From: Eubacteriales bacterium
GTDB lineage: Bacteria > Bacillota > Clostridia > Oscillospirales > CAG-272
NCBI GenBank assembly: GCA_045660295.1
Contig: JAZRDN010000043.1
Span: 378-64,377, forward strand
Direction of reading: 5' to 3'
DNA: 64,000 bases
Positions 18,480 through 27,630 of the stretch are shown in pieces. The notes below the pieces were generated by a model. It was given only the letters and a program-made list of their open reading frames with translations, was not told where the DNA came from and did no database searches. Positions within the stretch are counted from its first letter, which is position 1; every line of letters begins with the position of its first letter. The position numbers and the translations under genes were made by a program.

Positions 18480-18634
18480 ACCGTTACTTCCTTTCCTTTT
18501 CGTTGTTTTAAGTATAACACATAATTTTACATTAGTCAAATATTTATTTAGTAAAAAATCAAAAAATTCATAATACGGACACAAAAGTGTTGTATAATTA
18601 AATTGGAAAATTATCTTGAAAGGAATTTCAAATC

Positions 18635-19612
18635 ATGAAAAAAAGAATTTTGGCGTTTGTTCTTGTGCTCGTTATGATCTTTTCGGCATCCTGTTCGGGC
18701 GCGATAAAGAGCACCGACGAGCAGGCGCGCGTTGTTGGAACCTGCGGAGGAAACAACGTTCGCTACGAGGAGCTTCGTTATATCACTCTTACCTGCAAGG
18801 CGGCGCTTGCCGATAAATACGGCGAGGACATCTTTTCCTCGGTATCCTCAGAGTGGGTCGGCGAATACGCAGAGGAGCTTGAGGATATGGTGGAGGAGCA
18901 GATATGCCAGAACTACGCAAGCCTTGAGACCTTTGAAGCCAAAAAGATAAAGACCACCGACGGCGCGACCCAAAAAGAGGTCAGAGAGTACGTTTCGGCG
19001 GTTATGGAAGCCCTTGGCGGCGAGGAGGAGTATATCTCTTATCTTGACGAGTGCTTCATGACAGATGCGGTGCTTCGCTTCAATGCCGCGCTTGAAAGCT
19101 GTTTTTACAGATATTATGAGGTTATATCCGAGGAGTGGGACAAGGAAGCTTACGACGCGGTGCTCTCAAAGGACGGCTTTGTCAGAGCAATGAGCATTTT
19201 TATTCGCAACGACGAGGGCGAGAGCGTGGACAAGAACCGTGCCGATGCCGAATCTGTGCGTGCCGAGATAGCCGCGGGAAAGCCTTTGTCGAGCTTTATC
19301 GGCACAAAGTATAATCAGGACACGGGCATGTGTGATTATTACTTTATGGAGGGCTATTTTGACGAGGCTTACGAGGAAGCGGCGTTCGCCCTTGAAATTG
19401 GTGAGATAAGCCCCGTGGTTGAGACTGCTGACGGATTTTATATCATTCAGCGCATGGAGCTTGACGAGGGCTATATGCTTGATAACATTGACTCGCTTAA
19501 GGCTATATATTTTGAATGTAAAATGTATGAGACTATAAACGAGCTTGCCGATGAGCTTGATTTTGAGCTTAACGGTTGCGGTGAGTCGATAGACCTCTGG
19601 ACTATGGAATAA
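18635..19612 (+). CDS. Lipoprotein foldase with parvulin-like PPIase domain (PrsA/SurA-like)
   Basis: Lipobox SASC; YEEAAFALEIGEISPVVETADGFYIIQR. Confidence 0.75.
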   Translation: MKKRILAFVLVLVMIFSASCSGAIKSTDEQARVVGTCGGNNVRYEELRYITLTCKAALADKYGEDIFSSVSSEWVGEYAEELEDMVEEQICQNYASLETFEAKKIKTTDGATQKEVREYVSAVMEALGGEEEYISYLDECFMTDAVLRFNAALESCFYRYYEVISEEWDKEAYDAVLSKDGFVRAMSIFIRNDEGESVDKNRADAESVRAEIAAGKPLSSFIGTKYNQDTGMCDYYFMEGYFDEAYEEAAFALEIGEISPVVETADGFYIIQRMELDEGYMLDNIDSLKAIYFECKMYETINELADELDFELNGCGESIDLWTME

Positions 19613-19633
19613 GATTTCGATAGGGGACGGAAT

Positions 19634-20575
19634 ATGTACCGAAAACGCAGAAAAATTCAGAGTTATCACGGAACGTCGCGAGGACGTTTTGGAGGACGTT
19701 TTAAATTTGTAGTTGTCGCGGTCATAGCTCTTGCCGTGGTGTCGGCGTTGATCACAGGCGCGGTGCTTGGGAAAAACGCTTCAAAATCCAAGCTCGACTC
19801 ATTCGGCAGACATAACCTTACCGACTTCGGCGGCGTTAAAGAGCCCGCTGAGGATTACGCGGCTCTTGCCGATATTCAGGCAAGCTACGTAAACGCTGCG
19901 GGCGTTGACCGTTCGGATTTCAAGCGCGGAGTCAATGACGCCGTGGAGGGAAACGCCATAGCCTTTAAGGCTAACGACGGAGCGGGGAATATCTTCTTTT
20001 CTGCCGAGGTGATCTCAAAGGCGGCTACGTCAATGACGGCTTTTTCTCCGATAACATCCGAGGAGATAGCCGATGCTGTAAATGGCGAGCGTAAAATAAG
20101 CGTGGCTTATTTTTACTCGACGGCGTTTGCCGAGGAGGATAGCGGGCTTCGTATACTTAAAACCGCCGAGGAAGTGGCGATAATTTCCGAGCTTGCGGGC
20201 GCGGGTATAGATGAAATCGTTATTTTCGGTCTGCCCGACGGATCGGATTATAGCAGAACTGTCACCGCTTATATGGCAAGTGTGGAGGCGGCGTGCGAGA
20301 CCGCGAATATATGCGTGGCTCTGTCGGAGGATTGCATGAACGGCTCGGGCGCATCGCGTGTGATAAGCGCTACCGAGGGCTACGCAGATGCGTACGCCAT
20401 AGACGTGAGCGCTGTCGCGAGCCATAGCCTTGGCGATATGATAGAAAAGTGCGCGTATTTTATTACCAATTATAACATGCGTCTGGTGCTTGCCAACGCC
20501 GAGGGCGAAGCGAGAACAGAGCTTTTGGCGCTTCTCGATTCTTACGGAATAGAAAGTTATATGTTTGTGGGGTAA
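19634..20575 (+). CDS. Membrane-anchored hypothetical protein, possibly a degenerate glycoside-hydrolase-like TIM barrel
   Basis: Basic N-terminus plus one TM; ELAGAGIDEIVIF resembles the DUF4015-type GFDEIQFD motif. Confidence 0.6.
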   Translation: MYRKRRKIQSYHGTSRGRFGGRFKFVVVAVIALAVVSALITGAVLGKNASKSKLDSFGRHNLTDFGGVKEPAEDYAALADIQASYVNAAGVDRSDFKRGVNDAVEGNAIAFKANDGAGNIFFSAEVISKAATSMTAFSPITSEEIADAVNGERKISVAYFYSTAFAEEDSGLRILKTAEEVAIISELAGAGIDEIVIFGLPDGSDYSRTVTAYMASVEAACETANICVALSEDCMNGSGASRVISATEGYADAYAIDVSAVASHSLGDMIEKCAYFITNYNMRLVLANAEGEARTELLALLDSYGIESYMFVG

Positions 20576-20612
20576 AAATTCGAAAAAAGTTGAAGAAATT
20601 TATAAAAACCTA

Positions 20613-20640
20613 TTGACATTTAAAAAAAAATGAGTATAAT
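20613..20640 (+). promoter_or_regulatory. SigA promoter of tRNA-Leu
   Basis: TTGACA-16-TATAAT. Confidence 0.7.
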
Positions 20641-20671
20641 ATATAATGTTGTCGCAATAGTGGCAGCATTC

Positions 20672-20756
20672 GCGGGAGTGGCGGAACTGGCAGACGCGCA
20701 CGTTTGAGGGGCGTGTGGTGAGAATCGTACGGGTTCAATTCCCGTCTCCCGCACCA
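20672..20756 (+). tRNA. tRNA-Leu(GAG)
   Basis: Acceptor GCGGGAG/CTCCCGC-A-CCA; D-arm GGCGGAACTGGCAGACGC; anticodon loop TT-GAG-GG; long variable arm; T-loop GGTTCAATTCC. Confidence 0.95.
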
Positions 20757-20795
20757 GTAAAAGGCTATCAAGCTTAGTGCTTGATAGCCTTTTAC
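20757..20795 (+). terminator. tRNA terminator
   Basis: GTAAAAGGCTATCAAGC-TTAGT-GCTTGATAGCCTTTTAC. Confidence 0.8.
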
Positions 20796-20894
20796 TTATG
20801 TTGATTACAGTATTGAACTTCAATCCCGAAGGGATTGCGGTCTTGCGTGGAGAGAATATACGGTTAAGCTGAATTTTCCGCAAGACAGGTTCCT

Positions 20895-20910
20895 AATTCC
20901 CGTCTCCCGC
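20895..20910 (+). repeat. Duplicated tRNA-Leu 3' end (att-like)
   Basis: AATTCCCGTCTCCCGC is identical to 20737-20752. Confidence 0.85.
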
Positions 20911-20993
20911 CCAAACAGTAGAAATCCGAACCCAAGACCGATAGGCGAAGGGTTCGGATTTTTTGTGCAAAGAATAAATTTTTTGCAAAGTAA

Positions 20994-23015
20994 TTACTTT
21001 GCAATTATATATCCATCAGGTGTTCTATATTTAATAAAATTATTGTAAGTCATCTTTTGTACGATACAGTCTTTACCGACATTGTATTTTCCGTTAGAAT
21101 CCCAATTACACTCTGTAAAATATACGTAATTAGGCTTTCCATTTGCATCGTATGTTACATATTCTATGAACATTACGTGTCCGTATGTGCCATCATCATC
21201 GACTGCTATGGATTGGGGCATAATATTAGAAGCTCCGTATATAATTTTGACTTTGCTGTTATTAGCATTTTTTGTTAACCAGTATTTTGCATGGGGGGCT
21301 GTTGTGAGCTTGACACCGGTAATCTCATAAAAACGACCTAACGCATACCAAGTGCATTGTCCATAATAGCCGGCTTTAGCAGATACATTCCCGCTTCCGT
21401 ACCATTTTGTATATGTATTGCCACTCTTGATAGATGCAACTGTAGTTCCAATGAGAGAGTCCCAATATTCCAAAGTGGTCATATTTGCAATTATCATAGA
21501 ATTGTTTATAATGGTGGTTGCATCAATTATATATTTGGATTTGGTCTGTTTGTAAATTGAGTTAGGAGTTTTTGTTCCAACATTTAAAGCATTTAATATT
21601 TCGTTTGAGTAAGATTGCATTTCGGACATAGTCTGTAATGTATCTAAAACCTCCATAGCTTCAAAAAGTTTATCCATGTTCTCTATTTCATTAGATAAAT
21701 CACCGGTAACTCCGCCCATAAGTCCTTCAAGAGCATCATAGGTTTGATTAAGGATTTTATCCCACCAAGGTGTTTGGTTGTACTCGTCTATCGTATCTTT
21801 TGTGAGCGCTTTTATGATTTCAAAATAATATTTACATTGTGAATAATATTCAATTGTTTTAATCGCTGCATCATAGTCGATTTCTGTTGGAGAAATATAA
21901 TTTTCGCTTGCTACATATAAAGCTTCTAATCCGGTATTAAAACACAGTTTTGCAAAATATAAAACGATATAAATATCAATACGTTCGTCTACTCCTGCTG
22001 CTTCAGATATAAGTTCACCCCAAGATTCAGCGCAATTTTTTAAAGAAGTACCCTGTCCTTTTTCAGTCACTGCAACCCAAGTGTTTAAAAAAGTTGAACA
22101 TCCTTTACCGACAAGAGAACCAATCATCCCGCAGCCTTTTATATCAGTGTACTTATCTATGTAATCGCAAGATGCTTTAAAGATGTTTTCTATGTCTTTA
22201 GTTATTGAGCCATTAGCAATATCAATTAGATACTTGTCTGCGACAAGTAATTGGCTTACTAATTCTTTATCAACGATAATATTTTTTGTTGAAGCATCAA
22301 CACAAAATATGGTATTTGCGGGGAGATTACCTATTTTTTTGTTTAAACCAACCACCCAATATTCTTTGCTGTCAAATTTTATAGTATTAAGTATGCGATA
22401 GTCATCTGCATGACAAAGCGGGTTTGTAACGGATGTAGAGTTGTTGGTAATATCTATTTTATTTCCATTTGTATCCTTGAAAATCCACTTTTGGGAATTG
22501 TCGTTTTTGTTGAAGTTTACAAGCTTTATTCTGCCTTTCGCGCTCGTTGCCGCTAAAGCAAGATTTGTATTGTTGCTCATTCTCAGAATAAAACTTCCGT
22601 CGCCACAATCATAAAATTGAATGTTTTGTGCAATAGAATCGCTTCCTGCCTTCCAAATGTCGCATTGTTGACCCGCCTTCAGCTTGGAGTTGCCCCTGTA
22701 TACATCGACGGCAAAGTTTGCGGACGCATTTGTTAAAATTCGATATGTACCCGCACTTACCATATCAATGGCAAACAACTGTTCTTTGCTTCCGTCCCAA
22801 GGCCAAACGCGCAAGGGGGTGCCATTTTTAAGAGTGCCGTAATCATAGTTAAGATACTGCTTTGTCTTAACGTTTTGAATAGTAACGCCCCCGACCTCCT
22901 TTACACTGTTGTTTGCCGCCGATACGCCGAGAGGGGTAATTACGAGCATTGAAACGAAACATATCACTGCCATTATTAGCGATAGTATTCGTTTGGTTAA
23001 GTTTTGTTTTTTCAT
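20994..23015 (-). CDS. Secreted protein: RICIN-type lectin domain, helical middle region, C-terminal CHAP peptidoglycan hydrolase
   Basis: Signal peptide; QLF/QKW beta-trefoil motifs; GQCTWYALGR (Cys), GHVMFIE (His) and TECN CHAP motifs; AT-rich. Confidence 0.8.
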   Translation of the reverse strand: MKKQNLTKRILSLIMAVICFVSMLVITPLGVSAANNSVKEVGGVTIQNVKTKQYLNYDYGTLKNGTPLRVWPWDGSKEQLFAIDMVSAGTYRILTNASANFAVDVYRGNSKLKAGQQCDIWKAGSDSIAQNIQFYDCGDGSFILRMSNNTNLALAATSAKGRIKLVNFNKNDNSQKWIFKDTNGNKIDITNNSTSVTNPLCHADDYRILNTIKFDSKEYWVVGLNKKIGNLPANTIFCVDASTKNIIVDKELVSQLLVADKYLIDIANGSITKDIENIFKASCDYIDKYTDIKGCGMIGSLVGKGCSTFLNTWVAVTEKGQGTSLKNCAESWGELISEAAGVDERIDIYIVLYFAKLCFNTGLEALYVASENYISPTEIDYDAAIKTIEYYSQCKYYFEIIKALTKDTIDEYNQTPWWDKILNQTYDALEGLMGGVTGDLSNEIENMDKLFEAMEVLDTLQTMSEMQSYSNEILNALNVGTKTPNSIYKQTKSKYIIDATTIINNSMIIANMTTLEYWDSLIGTTVASIKSGNTYTKWYGSGNVSAKAGYYGQCTWYALGRFYEITGVKLTTAPHAKYWLTKNANNSKVKIIYGASNIMPQSIAVDDDGTYGHVMFIEYVTYDANGKPNYVYFTECNWDSNGKYNVGKDCIVQKMTYNNFIKYRTPDGYIIAK

Positions 23016-23033
23016 TTTGTCCTCCTATTAATG

Positions 23034-23256
23034 AAAATAAAAATGCGCCAACCGAGGTCAGCGCATAAAAAACGCAAACTCCGATTGTCGCCAAACAAAT
23101 TTCAAGTAAACGAAAGGATAAACCTCTACACAATAACTTGCTGGAATTTGCGATTTTATCAAATTCATACAGTTATTGTGTACAACGAGAAAAGGTATAA
23201 TTCTTCTGTAAAAAAAGAAAATTATCCCAACGATTACTTTATGAAATTTGTTTGGC
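23034..23256 (-). ncRNA. Candidate structured leader/sRNA with intrinsic terminator upstream of the CHAP gene
   Basis: Nested inverted repeats (15-bp closing stem, 12-bp and 7-bp inner stems); terminator 23043-23066 followed by a U-tract. Confidence 0.55.
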
Positions 23257-23262
23257 ACTGTC

Positions 23263-23291
23263 ATTATATCACACAAAAAAAGAAATGTAAA
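23263..23291 (-). promoter_or_regulatory. SigA promoter for the leader/CHAP gene
   Basis: TTTACA-17-TG.TATAAT. Confidence 0.7.
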
Positions 23292-23503
23292 GTTTTTTTA
23301 AAAAAATTTTTGAAAATTTTAGAGCAATTAGAGCACAAACAAAAATCCGAACCTTTCTTACAGTGGTTAGTTCGTATTTATCATCACGCTCTGTCTTTTG
23401 CGTCCAGCTTGAATTTTTGAACTCCAATCCCAAAGAGATTGCGGTCTTGTCGTATCTTTTCAATGTTCACAAGTTGGAAATTTATATTTTTGTTTCCGTA
23501 CCC

Positions 23504-23557
23504 TTGACAAATTCTCATAAAAATAGTATAATCTAATTTGAGAATGATTTTCAAATT
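23504..23557 (+). promoter_or_regulatory. SigA promoter with Fur-family (Fur/Zur) box
   Basis: TTGACA-17-TATAAT, then palindrome AATTTGAGAATGATTTTCAAATT. Confidence 0.75.
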
Positions 23558-23574
23558 CGCTCGGAGGAAGTTTG

Positions 23575-24522
23575 ATGAAAAATATAACGGCAATTTTGCT
23601 TTGCCTTGTGATAATTTGCGGCGCGTTTACTTCTTGCGCCCATAACAGCGACGACAGAAACGGGATTGCGCCACGCGTGGTCTGCACCTTTGACGTTTTG
23701 AGCCACTTGACCTACGAGATAGTCAAGGACTCGTACGAGGACGTTGGTGTTACTTATCTTGTGAAAAGCGGACAGGATATTCACAATTATATGCCAAGTG
23801 CACAGGACATGAAAACTCTGTTGTTGAGCGATTTGATTGTTTATATCGGCGGCGAGTCTGACAAATGGATAGAGGACGCTGTGAAGAATATGAACCGCGA
23901 GGACATAAAGCTGGTAAGGCTTTTGGACTACGTGGAGGGGGATTACTGTGACGACTGCCTTGACGGTCACGACCACCACCATGATGAAGCCCCAGACGAG
24001 CATATTTGGCTTTCCTTTGAAAACACGCAGGCGTGTGTCAAGGCGATAACCGATGCGCTTTGCGCGATAGACGGCGAAAAAGCCGAGATATATCAAGCTA
24101 ACCTTGCCGCGTATAGCGCCGAGGTGAACGCTCTGTATGACGAGTATAAAGCCGCCGTGGCAAGCGCGAAATATAAGACCCTTGTGTTTGCCGACAGATT
24201 TCCGTTCGTGTATCTTATGAACGAGCTTGGGCTTGAATATTACGCGGCGTTTCCGGGATGCTCCTCGGAGACCACCGCCGGCTTTGAGACAGTCATAACT
24301 CTCGCAAAAAAGATAGATGAGCTTTCTTTGCCCTGCGTGCTTGTCATAGAGGACTCGAATGACGGCATAGCGGAAACCGTGGTCGAAAACACAGCGGCTA
24401 AAACCGCGAGGATACTGGAGCTTGACTCCATGCAGGTGCGCCAGAACGGCGAGGAAAATATCTTTATTGACGTTATGCGCCGAAATCTCGAGGTGCTTAA
24501 GATAGCGCTCGGCTGCGAGTGA
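23575..24522 (+). CDS. Zn/Mn ABC transporter substrate-binding lipoprotein (ZnuA/AdcA family)
   Basis: Lipobox FTSC; DIHNYMPS; His-rich loop HDHHHDEAPDEHIWLS. Confidence 0.9.
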   Translation: MKNITAILLCLVIICGAFTSCAHNSDDRNGIAPRVVCTFDVLSHLTYEIVKDSYEDVGVTYLVKSGQDIHNYMPSAQDMKTLLLSDLIVYIGGESDKWIEDAVKNMNREDIKLVRLLDYVEGDYCDDCLDGHDHHHDEAPDEHIWLSFENTQACVKAITDALCAIDGEKAEIYQANLAAYSAEVNALYDEYKAAVASAKYKTLVFADRFPFVYLMNELGLEYYAAFPGCSSETTAGFETVITLAKKIDELSLPCVLVIEDSNDGIAETVVENTAAKTARILELDSMQVRQNGEENIFIDVMRRNLEVLKIALGCE

Positions 24523-24555
24523 AACGACAAATTAATTAACAACTTATAAAGCAAT

Positions 24556-24583
24556 AAAGGCTGAACAATCGCGTTCAGCCTTT
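24556..24583. terminator. Terminator between convergent genes
   Basis: AAAGGCTGAAC...GTTCAGCCTTT. Confidence 0.65.
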
Positions 24584-24587
24584 GTTG

Positions 24588-25736
24588 TTATTTCTTTTTC
24601 CCAGGCTTCTCATCCCTCGGCTTGAAGAACTGGTACAAATTACAGGGTATCATGCCGTTGTACAGCTTCTTTACCTTGTCGGCGCGTCTGCCGTAGAGAC
24701 GCTCGAAATTCTGGCAAGATGTGATGACGTAGACCTGCCACGGGTAGAGATTGTCAAAGGCTCGTCCCATATCGGCGTAAAGCTCGGCGACCTCTCGCTC
24801 GGTCATAAGCCTTTCTCCGTAGGGCGGATTGCAGACTATCGAGCCGCGGCGGTCGAGCTTTTCTATCTTTCGCGCGTCGGCGGCGAAGATGTTGAGATGC
24901 TCCTCAACTCCCGCGCGGAGCGCGTTTTCATAAACCACGTCAAGAATGTTCTCGTCTATGTCGGAAGCGTATGCTTCAAATGTCGAATTATGGATTATCT
25001 TGCTTTTTGCATCCTCTCTCGCGGCGTCCCACATGCGCCCCGGGATAAAAGGAAATTTCTCGCCCGAAAATTCTCGCAAAAGTCCGGGGGCGCGGTTGGT
25101 GGCGATCATAGCCGCCTCAATAGCCAGCGTGCCCGAGCCGCAAAACGGATCCCAGAAAAGCGTGTCCTCGCGGGGGCGCGATGTCAGCGCTATGGCGGCG
25201 GCAAGTGTCTCGCGTATGGGGGCCACGCCTGCCTCGGGGCGGTATCCGCGCTTGTGCAGAGGCGCTCCGCTGGTCTCTATCATCAGTGTTGCCACATCCT
25301 TGAAAATAAAGAATTCTATCTGGTATTTAACGCCGCTGTTTTCGGCAAACCACTTGATATTATAATGCTTAGAAAGCCTTTCCACAAGGGCTTTTTTAAC
25401 TATGCTCTGACAGTCGGGCACTGAGAAAAGCTTGCTTTTTATGGCGTGTCCCTTGACAGGAAACTCGTCGTATTTTCCGATATAATCTTCCCACGGCAGT
25501 TCTACCGCACCGTCAAAAAGCTCGGTAAATGTGGTGGCAGGATACGAGCCTACGAGAATGTATATTCTTTCAGCAAGTCTCAGATTTATATTGGCGCGCG
25601 GAATGTCCTCAGGTTCGCCTATAAAGGTAACGCGCCCGTCCATTGTGTCAACGCGCTTAAGCCCAAGCGCGTCTATTTCCTCGCCAAGCTGCTTTTCAAG
25701 CCCGAAAAGACAGGTGGCAACAAGTTTTATAGCCAT
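24588..25736 (-). CDS. THUMP-domain 23S rRNA m2G methyltransferase (RlmL/YpsC family)
   Basis: LHKRGYR, APIRETLAAA, DPFCGSGT and NPPYGER. Confidence 0.9.
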   Translation of the reverse strand: MAIKLVATCLFGLEKQLGEEIDALGLKRVDTMDGRVTFIGEPEDIPRANINLRLAERIYILVGSYPATTFTELFDGAVELPWEDYIGKYDEFPVKGHAIKSKLFSVPDCQSIVKKALVERLSKHYNIKWFAENSGVKYQIEFFIFKDVATLMIETSGAPLHKRGYRPEAGVAPIRETLAAAIALTSRPREDTLFWDPFCGSGTLAIEAAMIATNRAPGLLREFSGEKFPFIPGRMWDAAREDAKSKIIHNSTFEAYASDIDENILDVVYENALRAGVEEHLNIFAADARKIEKLDRRGSIVCNPPYGERLMTEREVAELYADMGRAFDNLYPWQVYVITSCQNFERLYGRRADKVKKLYNGMIPCNLYQFFKPRDEKPGKKK

Positions 25737-25874
25737 TTTTTGCTCCTTTTGCGTAAGTTATATTTAGTATAAAATAAAATTGCCTTTTTGTCAAGATTTC
25801 TTTCAATTATAAGTTTACATTTGCGCCAAAATGTGGTACAATATAGAAAACGCATAAGATTTTCGGAGGAGAGA

Positions 25875-26423
25875 ATGGTTCGTATCAAGGTTGCAAGCGT
25901 ACATATCAAAAAGCTTGTCTACTCGGCGCTCTGTCTGGCGATAGCGCTGGTGTTGCCGATAATTACGGGTAATATTCAGGTGATAGGCAACATGCTTTGC
26001 CCCATGCATATTCCCGTGCTTTTGTGCGGATTTATCTGCGGTCCGTGGTGGGGGCTTGGCGTTGGCGCGCTGGCACCGTTGGTGCGTTTTCTTATATTCT
26101 CTATGCCGCCTATTTATCCTACGGCGATAGCCATGGCATTTGAGCTTGCGGCGTACGGAGTTTTTACCGGGACGTTTTATAAAAGATTTCCCAAAAAGAT
26201 AGGCTTCATTTATCTCGCTTTGATATTGGCAATGCTTATCGGCAGAGCCGTGTGGGGAATAGCGCAGACTGTCCTGCTTTCGGTGTGGGGCAAGGTGTTT
26301 ACCATTGCGGCGTTTGTTTCGGGCGCGATAACCTCGGCGATACCTGGGATAATTATTCAGCTCGCTATAATTCCCGCCATAGTCATTGCGCTTAAGGCGG
26401 CAAAGATAACCCTTAACGATTGA
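25875..26423 (+). CDS. ECF transporter S component
   Basis: LCPMHIPVLLCGFICG, AIAMAFELAAYG and PGIIIQL; hydrophobic. Confidence 0.8.
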   Translation: MVRIKVASVHIKKLVYSALCLAIALVLPIITGNIQVIGNMLCPMHIPVLLCGFICGPWWGLGVGALAPLVRFLIFSMPPIYPTAIAMAFELAAYGVFTGTFYKRFPKKIGFIYLALILAMLIGRAVWGIAQTVLLSVWGKVFTIAAFVSGAITSAIPGIIIQLAIIPAIVIALKAAKITLND

Positions 26424-26431
26424 GGTGTAAA

Positions 26432-27577
26432 ATGACTGAAAAGCTTTTTGATAACGGATTACTTTTTGAGTTTGAGGCGAAAGTGCTTTCGGTGAAGCAG
26501 GTCGAGGACGAATATTGGGTCGAGCTTGACCGTACGGCATTTGCTCCCGACGGGGGCGGTCAGCTTTCGGACATAGGAACCATCGACGGCGTGAATGTTA
26601 TTGATGTTACGCCGGACGACGGCAAGATATTCCATGTTTGCGATGGAGAATTAGAGATTGGCGCTACAGTGTCGTGCAAAATCGACACAAAAAGACGTGT
26701 GCGCCACATTCAAAACCATTCGGGCGAGCATATCGTTTCGGGCATAATTTACAACGAGTACGGCTTTAATAACGTGGGCTTTCACCTCGGAAGTGAGGAC
26801 GTAACCATGGACGTTGACGGAGAGATAACCAGAGAAATGCTTCGCAGGATCGAAAGACTCGCCAACGAGGCTGTGGTAAAAGATATTGAGGTGAAAGCGG
26901 TCTATCCCAAGCCCGAGGAGCTTGAAAAAATGTTTTACCGCTCAAAGCTCGACCTTAAGGACGACGTGCGCGTCGTGGTTATAGACGGGCTTGATGCCTG
27001 CGCGTGCTGCGCTCCGCACGTTTCAAAAACAGGTCAGATCGGTATGATAAAGCTCATATCCTGCATGCGTTACAAAGGCGGTACGAGAATACACATGAAG
27101 TGCGGCTTTGATGCGCTGGACGAGTTCAATGCCGAGTACGACCGTGCTCTCGCTATATCCAATATGATATCTCTGCCGCGCGAAAATATCGCCGATGGTG
27201 TAAAAAAGCTGATGGACGATATAGGCGGCTACAAGCATGAGATATACGAACTTAAGCAAAAAATTATTTCTATGAAAATAGAGTCGGTGAAGCCTCAAGA
27301 TGGTAAGATAGTCTATATTGACGACGGCATGGATATGAGCGAGCTTCGCGCCTTGGTGTCGTCAAAGCTCCCCGAGTGTGAGCGCCTCTGCGCCGCCTTT
27401 TCGGGCAACGACTGTGACGGATATACCTTTGTCATAGGCTACACGGGCGAGGATTTTAACAGCTTTGTGAAAAGCACGCTCGCAAGCCTTGGCGGAAGCG
27501 GCGGCGGTAAAGCCCCCTTCGCGCAGGGAAAGGCAAAATGCAAAAAAAGTGATATTGAGGCTTTGCTTCTTGACTAA
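26432..27577 (+). CDS. Free-standing alanyl-tRNA editing protein (AlaX-L type)
   Basis: GGGQLSD, QNHSGEH, CACCAPH and C-terminal GGSGGGKAPFAQG. Confidence 0.88.
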   Translation: MTEKLFDNGLLFEFEAKVLSVKQVEDEYWVELDRTAFAPDGGGQLSDIGTIDGVNVIDVTPDDGKIFHVCDGELEIGATVSCKIDTKRRVRHIQNHSGEHIVSGIIYNEYGFNNVGFHLGSEDVTMDVDGEITREMLRRIERLANEAVVKDIEVKAVYPKPEELEKMFYRSKLDLKDDVRVVVIDGLDACACCAPHVSKTGQIGMIKLISCMRYKGGTRIHMKCGFDALDEFNAEYDRALAISNMISLPRENIADGVKKLMDDIGGYKHEIYELKQKIISMKIESVKPQDGKIVYIDDGMDMSELRALVSSKLPECERLCAAFSGNDCDGYTFVIGYTGEDFNSFVKSTLASLGGSGGGKAPFAQGKAKCKKSDIEALLLD

Positions 27578-27630
27578 ATCGCCAATGTGTGCTAAAATAT
27601 AAAGAAGATTATTTGTAAGGGTGTGTTGAA

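Noticed and set aside
20620-20883. 87-aa ORF containing VRETGIEPVR
   Set aside because: Antisense shadow of tRNA-Leu
23090-23256. 6S RNA identity for the long hairpin
   Set aside because: AT-rich, strongly asymmetric internal loop and location inside an accessory cassette do not fit; not excluded without a covariance search
23004-23463. Short ORFs upstream of the CHAP gene as immunity or leader peptides
   Set aside because: No RBS, low-complexity AT-rich translation; the region is better explained by promoter and RNA structure
25740-25874. Riboswitch upstream of the ECF S component
   Set aside because: The spacer is filled by divergent promoters, with no room or aptamer motif
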